The notes under the pieces are model-generated. The model had not been told where the DNA came from and made no database searches. It worked only from the letters and a program-made list of their open reading frames with translations. From a virus (Duplodnaviria; Caudoviricetes), in the IMG/VR virus record IMGVR_UViG_3300005662_000076, positions 1-44,209 of that record: a stretch of DNA of 44,209 nucleotides; one strand, 5' to 3'. This document shows, piece after piece, positions 15,494-22,152 of this stretch; the first letter of the stretch is position 1; every line of letters starts with the position of its first letter. The position numbers were made by a program, and so were the translations under genes.

Positions 15494-15629
15494 GGTGATC
15501 TTTGATGAATTTATTGGCAGATGATACTGTCCTGCACAGTTTTAACTGTTCTCCATTGTAAATTACAATCAATTGGTTTCCATATGGGACGGCAGCATAT
15601 CCGTCTTTAGTGACAAATCCTTCTTTCAT
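15459..15629 (-). CDS. hypothetical protein (56 aa)
   Basis: hand-translated MKEGFVTKDGYAAVPYGNQLIVIYNGEQLKLCRT... Confidence 0.7.
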   Translation of the reverse strand: MKEGFVTKDGYAAVPYGNQLIVIYNGEQLKLCRTVSSANKFIKDHRANPKSGTVFI

Positions 15630-15713
15630 TATACTTTTAGAAAAATCGGTGGTTTGGTTGCGGTGAAGGTGCCATAGGTCGGTTGCGGGTAAATTGCAGA
15701 AAAATCAGGGTTT

Positions 15714-15732
15714 CCCCCACCATAGGTGGGGG
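15714..15732 (-). terminator. GC-rich hairpin after the helicase stop
   Basis: CCCCCAC-N5-GTGGGGG; T-tract is not adjacent. Confidence 0.45.
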
Positions 15733-15739
15733 TCAGTGC

Positions 15740-16984
15740 TCAGCGGCGCACCACCGATACGGCAGGTTCGCCCTTCTGGAAGATGGTATCCACCACTGCC
15801 TGAACCGACTTGGCGGTGCTGATGCCCACCTTGCTGTAAACGGGCACACACACCAGACCGAAACTCTTGGTGTATTGGTTCAGGTTGCCAGGTTGGATGC
15901 TGCCATCGCGGAGACCCTTGGCATCATCGTGGTGAAGGCGAATAGCACGCCCAATGGTCTGAGAGATGCCAATGTAGTCCATATTGCGCATGAACAGAAC
16001 TGCCTCCAAACCAGACACATTGATGCCCTCACTCAGGATGCTGTGGTGAAGAACAACAAACTTCTTGTCGTTGTCCTTGCCCCAGGCACTCAGAGTGTCA
16101 AAGAACACGTCACGATTCACCTTCTGACCATCAATCACAGCACCAGTCTTGGCGGTGATGTACATCCAAGAGTAACCACGATCCTCCAGTTCCTTGCAGA
16201 AATCAGTCTCGGAAACCAGAGCAACGATCTGCTTAGTTGCCTTGGCACAGATCAGAATCTTACCAACCTCATTGTCATCAATGGTTTCCAGAAGATTCTC
16301 GGCATCCCGATCGTAGTTGGTTTGCTTGCCCTTAACCATCTCCAGTTGCTTGACAACAACCTTAGGAGGCACAATGTAACCACCCTGAACCAACTCGGGA
16401 GCAGGAACCTTACAGATCACCTGCCCATAAACAGAGGAGTCATTCATACCAGGTTTGCCAACAGCAAGCGAGTGCTTAGGAGTGGCAGTGAAGAAGTAGC
16501 AGCGTTGTGCCTCAGCAGCAAAGTGCTCAGTAGCAGGGAAGAAGTGGCGCTGAACGCTGTTGTGTGCCTCATCAAAGTAAATGGTGTCAACAGCAATCCC
16601 TGCCACCTGAAGGCGAGAAAGGGAATGATAGGTGGTGAAGATCAGTTTGTGGGAGGAAGCATTGTTCTCAACCCACTGGCGGATCTCATAGGGGCGAGTA
16701 GAAGACTCGTGATGAGTTTCGCCACTGTGAATGTGGAATACTTTTGCGTTGGTGATGTGCTCAAGAAACTCGGAGGACAATTGCTCTGCCAGGAGAATGC
16801 GGGGAGCAACCACTACAATGGTCTGAGGAGTGTCAGAAAGCAGTTGGCGAATGGCATCATAGATCATCTTCAGAGTCTTGCCACCACCAGTAGGAACAAT
16901 GATCTGTCCCTTGCGGTACTTGAGCATGGCATTGGTGCCGCGCTGCTGGTGAGGGCGAAGGAGATCAAAGTTCATTGGGTTCAT
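15740..16984 (-). CDS. SF2 helicase/translocase (Type III Res / Type ISP-like), no nuclease domain
   Basis: LRPHQ, PTGGGKT, IFTTYHSL, DEAH, TATP, LSEGINV, QTIGRAIR. Confidence 0.9.
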   Translation of the reverse strand: MNPMNFDLLRPHQQRGTNAMLKYRKGQIIVPTGGGKTLKMIYDAIRQLLSDTPQTIVVVAPRILLAEQLSSEFLEHITNAKVFHIHSGETHHESSTRPYEIRQWVENNASSHKLIFTTYHSLSRLQVAGIAVDTIYFDEAHNSVQRHFFPATEHFAAEAQRCYFFTATPKHSLAVGKPGMNDSSVYGQVICKVPAPELVQGGYIVPPKVVVKQLEMVKGKQTNYDRDAENLLETIDDNEVGKILICAKATKQIVALVSETDFCKELEDRGYSWMYITAKTGAVIDGQKVNRDVFFDTLSAWGKDNDKKFVVLHHSILSEGINVSGLEAVLFMRNMDYIGISQTIGRAIRLHHDDAKGLRDGSIQPGNLNQYTKSFGLVCVPVYSKVGISTAKSVQAVVDTIFQKGEPAVSVVRR

Positions 16985-16997
16985 CGCGTATGGGACT

Positions 16998-17054
16998 ATT
17001 ATAGCACAAAAAGGGGTCCCGCAGGACCCCGTGTGACAGTTATGAAAGTGGATT
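16998..17054 (-). promoter_or_regulatory. boxed early promoter with nested terminator
   Basis: box 17033-17054; -10 TATAAT 16998-17003; GGGGTCC-N4-GGACCCC plus TTTTT in the spacer. Confidence 0.8.
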
Positions 17055-18102
17055 ACTGGATGGGAACCAGAGTATCGGAGGGATCAGTATCCACAATGTG
17101 TGGAGGGCGAGAACCATAGATCAGGAAAGATCGTAGCACCGCACCAGTGCCGTTGATGGCATCAAGATTGGTCAGAATATCCTCCAGTTGGTTGATACGG
17201 TTCTCAATCATCTTGAGAACTGCAAGTCCATCCTTTGCGTGAGTAGTATTCACATAGAAGTTCAGGCGGGTTTTGACGCCACGAGCAGCATCTCGGAGGA
17301 AAGTGGGAAGGAAATCACGAATCCACACATCTTGACCTGCCTCAAACAGGCGATCAACAACATTAGTCACGATTTGATCGTTCTTATCAAGAATTACAAT
17401 GTTGCAATCCTTGAATAGGCGAATCACCTGAGAACGAGTGTAGTTGGTGAGAAAAGAATTCTTCTCAGTGTTGTTGAAGATTGCCCTCTTCAGGTTGGTG
17501 CGAGTTAGGGAAGTTTCGTTCTTGGCATACTTATCAACCCAAGAATCAACATCTTCCTGAGTCACAACCAGATCCTCCAGTTTCTGGCGTTGCACCCAAG
17601 CAATACCTCGTGCTTTATAGTCATCAAAAACAGAACTGGAACCATCGGGTTGTGGTTGGTGCAGAAGACCAACTTCATCCATCACATCACCTTCATCAAA
17701 TCCAGGTTTGATGCGATAGACATCAACGATCATCCAGGCATATCCGTTGTTGCAATACCACATCCAACGGTGGTTACCATTCAGCAACCAGTTCTCAAGT
17801 TCATTCGTTTCGGAATTCTCGAGAACGATGGGAGGAAGTTTACCTTGCTTGTATCCCTTCTCTAAGGATTTTGCAACGGTCTCATACACTTTTGCATCAT
17901 TACCCTTGAATCGTCCTACATTCTTTCGCAGTTTGAATGCACCAGTAGAAACGATTTCAGTGCGAACATATTCTGCAGTCTCGTATTCTGGGCGCACATA
18001 AGTTTCAATCTGTGCTTTCAGTTCATACAGAGAACTGTCTTTGGGGATAGCAACGTATTGCTGAGGAATTCGGATTCCTTGATTTAGTTTTTGAGTTTCC
18101 AT
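17053..18102 (-). CDS. protein with ParB/Srx-like N-terminal domain (349 aa)
   Basis: VAKSLEKGY...LPPIV...LLNGNHRW pattern; start moved to ATG 18102 behind the promoter. Confidence 0.7.
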   Translation of the reverse strand: METQKLNQGIRIPQQYVAIPKDSSLYELKAQIETYVRPEYETAEYVRTEIVSTGAFKLRKNVGRFKGNDAKVYETVAKSLEKGYKQGKLPPIVLENSETNELENWLLNGNHRWMWYCNNGYAWMIVDVYRIKPGFDEGDVMDEVGLLHQPQPDGSSSVFDDYKARGIAWVQRQKLEDLVVTQEDVDSWVDKYAKNETSLTRTNLKRAIFNNTEKNSFLTNYTRSQVIRLFKDCNIVILDKNDQIVTNVVDRLFEAGQDVWIRDFLPTFLRDAARGVKTRLNFYVNTTHAKDGLAVLKMIENRINQLEDILTNLDAINGTGAVLRSFLIYGSRPPHIVDTDPSDTLVPIQ

Positions 18103-18166
18103 AGTAAAAGAAATTCGGCAGTGTGTCCATTTTGGGTTTCGGCGCCAGTGCCTCAACCACGAGATC

Positions 18167-18195
18167 AATATACGATGAAACCAGTGCCCCGTCAA
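18167..18195 (-). promoter_or_regulatory. sigma70-like promoter
   Basis: TTGACG-N17-TATATT. Confidence 0.7.
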
Positions 18196-18207
18196 CCCCT
18201 GAACTCA

Positions 18208-18609
18208 TTAGAAAAACTTTTCAATACCGATAAGTTCTCCAAATGAATAATCATACTCTAATGCATCAGCACAAATATAGTGAGGATGATCTGTAGAAAC
18301 CCCCACACGATCACAAAGTTCCTTGTGATTATCCTCCATCAGTTCTACTGCATAGAGCATATGATTAATGACGTGCTCCTCTGAGTGATATTGTAGAAGT
18401 TTATTCTTCAGTGCAACAATAAAATTACCAGATCCTGCAGAGTTGTCTAGGAATGTGCTAGAAGGATCTTTCAACATTTCTTCTGGAATATCATTTACCA
18501 TATTCTCAACAAGATCCATCGGAGTAAAGACTTCTTGAGTCTCTTTAATCCGCTCATCAGATCTTTCAATTGTAGATCCAGTTTCAATATTATGTTTATT
18601 CTTTTTCAT
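18208..18609 (-). CDS. gamma-type N6A methyltransferase, SAM-binding half (motifs X, I-III)
   Basis: QEVFTP, FLDNSAGSGNF, LYAVEL, ICADAL; no NPPY. Confidence 0.85.
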   Translation of the reverse strand: MKKNKHNIETGSTIERSDERIKETQEVFTPMDLVENMVNDIPEEMLKDPSSTFLDNSAGSGNFIVALKNKLLQYHSEEHVINHMLYAVELMEDNHKELCDRVGVSTDHPHYICADALEYDYSFGELIGIEKFF

Positions 18610-19180
18610 TCTTTTCTTCTAGACATTGAATATAAGTTGAAATCAGATCATTCTTACCAAAGTGATATCTGCCATTACATTGATTTGCTGCCTCTCTGAA
18701 TCTAGGAGCAAATTCTAGCAGATTATCTATAACTTCTGGATCCCTTACTTTGAGGAAATGATGTCCCTTTGCATAGTGAGTAAAGTTCTTTGTTTTAACT
18801 CTACCACTTGGACCACAACCATACTCACCTACAAAAACATCTGCTTCAAATCTCCTCTCATAAGGAAGAAACTCAAAGTCAGGATGTTCTTTGTGCATAT
18901 GTATTCTACCCACACCCACATCAAACCTAGATGTGTTTTTGACTTCCCAGTATTGCTTCACTGCACTGATGCCATTAGGGAAAGTAGAGGGGTCTAGATC
19001 TTCATCTAGAACGCAATGTAGATGTGAATGAATCTTATTCAGTGATGATGGTTTTCTTACTGATGTTGGTAGAACTAACCAAACATTGTCCGATAACTCT
19101 GCGTTCTTGTTTAAGAATCTGATTGCTAGGTTTCCTCCAACACCATATGGAGGGTTACCGATACTTAAAGTAAACTTCAT
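18596..19180 (-). CDS. gamma-type N6A methyltransferase, catalytic half (motifs IV-VIII plus TRD)
   Basis: starts MKFTLSIGNPPYG; LVLPTS; STFP; no FxGxG motif. Confidence 0.8.
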   Translation of the reverse strand: MKFTLSIGNPPYGVGGNLAIRFLNKNAELSDNVWLVLPTSVRKPSSLNKIHSHLHCVLDEDLDPSTFPNGISAVKQYWEVKNTSRFDVGVGRIHMHKEHPDFEFLPYERRFEADVFVGEYGCGPSGRVKTKNFTHYAKGHHFLKVRDPEVIDNLLEFAPRFREAANQCNGRYHFGKNDLISTYIQCLEEKNEKE

Positions 19181-19208
19181 ATAACTTTTCTTGAACCCCA
19201 ACAAAGGT

Positions 19209-19238
19209 ATTGTAGCAACATTTATTTACCTTTGTCAA
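19209..19238 (-). promoter_or_regulatory. sigma70-like promoter for the split MTase
   Basis: TTGACA-N18-TACAAT. Confidence 0.75.
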
Positions 19239-19241
19239 GTA

Positions 19242-19343
19242 TCAGAAGAAACCATTAATAACCACCTGAGTCACACGAACACCCCAGTTCATCAGGACCA
19301 GGAACGAACCAACAAACAGCAGACGATCCAAATTAGAATACAA
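19242..19343 (-). CDS. tiny hydrophobic protein (33 aa, TTG start)
   Basis: (M)YSNLDRLLFVGSFLVLMNWGVRVTQVVINGFF; only ORF behind the boxed promoter. Confidence 0.45.
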   Translation of the reverse strand: MYSNLDRLLFVGSFLVLMNWGVRVTQVVINGFF

Positions 19344-19366
19344 GGTAGGGTTTGATAACTGTAGAT

Positions 19367-19425
19367 ACTATAAAACCCCTCAGAGCGCCTCTGAGGGGTG
19401 ACTGTGGCAGTTTTTAAAGTGGTTT
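19367..19425 (-). promoter_or_regulatory. boxed early promoter with nested terminator
   Basis: box 19404-19425; -10 TATAGT 19367-19372; 11-bp stem ACCCCTCAGAG/CTCTGAGGGGT plus T-tract. Confidence 0.8.
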
Positions 19426-20065
19426 ATCTCCAGCGAGGACCAACACACCATCCAACCAAACTTCTTCTAGTTCCTTTCTTTACTTTACGAACTCGGTGTC
19501 TAGTTCTTGAATCAAAAAGAATTATAGATCCTTGTTCTCTTGGAACAGTGTACATGAGATCATTATCATCTATTAATTGTACATCACCACCTTCATAAGA
19601 ATTTGGATCAGATAGTTGAACTATGAATGAAAGTTTTCTGATAGATTCTGTATTTGCCTTCAAAAAATCATTAGAATCATTCTGAAGACTACTTTCATCA
19701 ATAAAGCTACTTTTTGTGCTGCTCAATTCATATAATTGTGAAAATGAAGAGTCTACGTGCCAGTTATAAAATTCACCCTCTTCATATTGAGTGTATTGAA
19801 TTGAGTCATTATCTATTCCAGATAAGTCATATCTAAAATTTTCTTGATTTATTTTATCAATGTAATACCAAAGAAAACCACCTAACCAATGACTAGTTCC
19901 AATCCAAGTATTTTTGGATTTTCTCTTATTGTGGTCTATCAATCCACCAGTCAATGTAGATTCTTCAAATAAATCATCCGCTTTATTGTTTTTGAGATCT
20001 TTAATAATGATATCTATAATCTCTTGTGGAAGATTTGTGTTATACCAATATGATTGATATGCCAT
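19424..20065 (-). CDS. 2OG-Fe(II) oxygenase (PKHD/prolyl-hydroxylase type)
   Basis: YNWHVD, RKLSFIVQL, YEGGD, HRV, RRSLVGW. Confidence 0.9.
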   Translation of the reverse strand: MAYQSYWYNTNLPQEIIDIIIKDLKNNKADDLFEESTLTGGLIDHNKRKSKNTWIGTSHWLGGFLWYYIDKINQENFRYDLSGIDNDSIQYTQYEEGEFYNWHVDSSFSQLYELSSTKSSFIDESSLQNDSNDFLKANTESIRKLSFIVQLSDPNSYEGGDVQLIDDNDLMYTVPREQGSIILFDSRTRHRVRKVKKGTRRSLVGWCVGPRWR

Positions 20066-20091
20066 TAATAAAAAATTAAATATTCAAAGTT

Positions 20092-20120
20092 ATTCTATAA
20101 TGTTCAACTCAATCTGTCAA
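20092..20120 (-). promoter_or_regulatory. sigma70-like promoter
   Basis: TTGACA-N17-TAGAAT. Confidence 0.75.
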
Positions 20121-22118
20121 TCAAACAGCAACGGTCTTCAGAGTACCGTCATTTTCAACAAAGAGGCGATATCTAGTACCATTAGGTGATGTAAGAATGA
20201 TACCTTGTGAGGTATCAATACCAACAGAAGCATCACCACCAACAACTGATAATTTTGATACTGGAATTGTAGTTCCTATACCAACACTAGTAGTATTATA
20301 TCTGAATATTTCAACTGAATTGGAATAAAATTCTACTTGCCCATCAGCAGAACTATACATTCCAGAATCGTTATCCCCAGACCCAAAGAATCCATATCCA
20401 TTATTATTGACACCTAAAGCACCTGGAGCACCACCTCTTGCCCTAAAAGAGTTGGCAGTAGAAATGCCAGATATAAGAGCATCACCAATTACGTGAAGTT
20501 TTGATGTTGGATTTGTTCCAAGTCCAACATTACCCCCAGAAGTTGTGGTAATTACTGTTCCACCAGTCCCTACGTTTAATATTCCAGTTGTTGTAACTCC
20601 ACTATAATTAAGATTAGTTCCGCTTAGAGTAGTTACAATACCTGTTACTATATTTCCAGTGGTTAAATTACCCGTATTATAAGTTAAACTAGTTCCAGAA
20701 ATTGTTGTTGCCGTATTGACACCAGAAGAGTTTAGATTTCCTGTTACATTTCCAGTTAGATTTCCACTAAATCCACTAGATGATGTTGTAACACCAGTAA
20801 TTAAAGTATTACCGGAAATATTCACATTATTGGTAAAAGTAGATACTCCAGAAACATTTAATCCATCTTGGATATTTACGTAATCTTGGAATGTGGAGAA
20901 TCCAACGAACGTAGAAATTCCAGAAACATTTAAACCGTCTTCAATGTTTACATAATCTCTAAAGGTGGAATATCCGACGAATGTGGAAACACCACTTACA
21001 TTCAATCCATCCTCAATATTAACGTAATCTCTAAAGGTGGAATAACCGACGAAAGTGGAGATTCCAGCAACATTTAAACCATCTTCAATGTTTACGTAAT
21101 CTCTAAATGTTGAATAACCAACGAAGGTGGAAATGCCCAGGACATTCAATCCATCCTCAACGTTTACATAATCTCTAAAGGTAGAATATCCAACGAATGT
21201 GGAGACACCAGATACATTTAACCCATCTTCAATATTAACATAATCTCTGAAAGTGGAATAACCAACGAATGTAGAAACTCCAGCAACAAATACTCCATCT
21301 TCAATGTTGACGTAATCTCTGAAGGTAGAATAACCTACGAATGTTGAGAATCCAACAACATAAAGTTGTGCTGTTGATGTTCCGCTACCAACAACTGTAA
21401 GAGTATTTGATGGGTTTGTAATGCCTATTCCAACAGGACTGGAGAAATAACCACCGCCAGTTACCTGTAGTCTCTGTAATGCTGTCCCTGTTGTAACTGC
21501 AGAACCAATAAAGACAGGACCATCAATAAATGTTGAAATACCAGTTGCGTAAAGATATGTGGTAGATGTAACTCCAGTAACTGTTACACCAAGACCAGAT
21601 GTTTCAAACTTCTTAGCGTTATCATAGTAAAGTGAGACGGAACTATTGATCCTAAAGTTTGCAAATTTTTCACCATCTGAAGCCCCAACAGTAAGATCTT
21701 CAGTGACGATGTTTAGGGGAACGTGATCAAAGGTTTCAATATAATTTGATACTGAAGGTGTTGATTGAAAAGAGATTGATAAAGTTTCAGCACCAAAATA
21801 TAATCTATTATCACTTGCGATAAATGCATTGTTATGGAAAGTGGAAAGACCAGTTACAAAAAGTTGAGATGTTGATGTTCCACTTCCAGCAACAGTAAGA
21901 GAAGATACTGGATTTGATGTTCCTATTGCTACTCTACTTGAAAATGTGGAAACACCAGAAACAGTTAGATCTTCTAGTGCTGTATTTCCTTTAACTGTAA
22001 GAGTGCTTGTTGGATTTGTGGTTCCAACGCCAACTCTATCGGTGACACTATTTGCGAATAAAGTATCACCGCCAACTTCTAAACCTCTTTTAACTACAAA
22101 ATTCTTGCTTACTGTCAT
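20121..22118 (-). CDS. tail fibre protein with 24-aa tandem repeats
   Basis: VGIGTTNP and GISTF motifs; C-terminal ILTSPNGTRYRLFVENDGTL; CTAAATA at 22150-22156. Confidence 0.8.
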   Translation of the reverse strand: MTVSKNFVVKRGLEVGGDTLFANSVTDRVGVGTTNPTSTLTVKGNTALEDLTVSGVSTFSSRVAIGTSNPVSSLTVAGSGTSTSQLFVTGLSTFHNNAFIASDNRLYFGAETLSISFQSTPSVSNYIETFDHVPLNIVTEDLTVGASDGEKFANFRINSSVSLYYDNAKKFETSGLGVTVTGVTSTTYLYATGISTFIDGPVFIGSAVTTGTALQRLQVTGGGYFSSPVGIGITNPSNTLTVVGSGTSTAQLYVVGFSTFVGYSTFRDYVNIEDGVFVAGVSTFVGYSTFRDYVNIEDGLNVSGVSTFVGYSTFRDYVNVEDGLNVLGISTFVGYSTFRDYVNIEDGLNVAGISTFVGYSTFRDYVNIEDGLNVSGVSTFVGYSTFRDYVNIEDGLNVSGISTFVGFSTFQDYVNIQDGLNVSGVSTFTNNVNISGNTLITGVTTSSSGFSGNLTGNVTGNLNSSGVNTATTISGTSLTYNTGNLTTGNIVTGIVTTLSGTNLNYSGVTTTGILNVGTGGTVITTTSGGNVGLGTNPTSKLHVIGDALISGISTANSFRARGGAPGALGVNNNGYGFFGSGDNDSGMYSSADGQVEFYSNSVEIFRYNTTSVGIGTTIPVSKLSVVGGDASVGIDTSQGIILTSPNGTRYRLFVENDGTLKTVAV
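20835..21353 (-). repeat. seven full plus one partial 72-bp coding tandem repeats
   Basis: GxSTFVGYSTFRDYVNIEDGLNVx repeated 7 times. Confidence 0.95.
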
Positions 22119-22152
22119 TTGGGTTCACTCTCCCCCGTAGTGTTTTTTATAT

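Noticed and set aside
15683-17119. 478-aa plus-strand ORF
   Set aside because: Codon-aligned antisense shadow of the helicase gene; no motifs, promoter or SD; explained by sense-strand codon bias
18103-18195. N-terminal extension of the ParB-like ORF to 18195
   Set aside because: The TTG is the promoter -35 element; ATG 18102 fits the predicted transcript
18208-19180. Split MTase as a simple frameshifted pseudogene
   Set aside because: Halves are in reverse order for a gamma MTase, each has a clean start and intact motifs, and a good promoter precedes them; not fully excluded without reads
20835-21353. 72-bp repeats as CRISPR or DGR template/variable repeats
   Set aside because: In-frame coding repeats with mostly synonymous variation, not adenine-specific; no reverse transcriptase in the window
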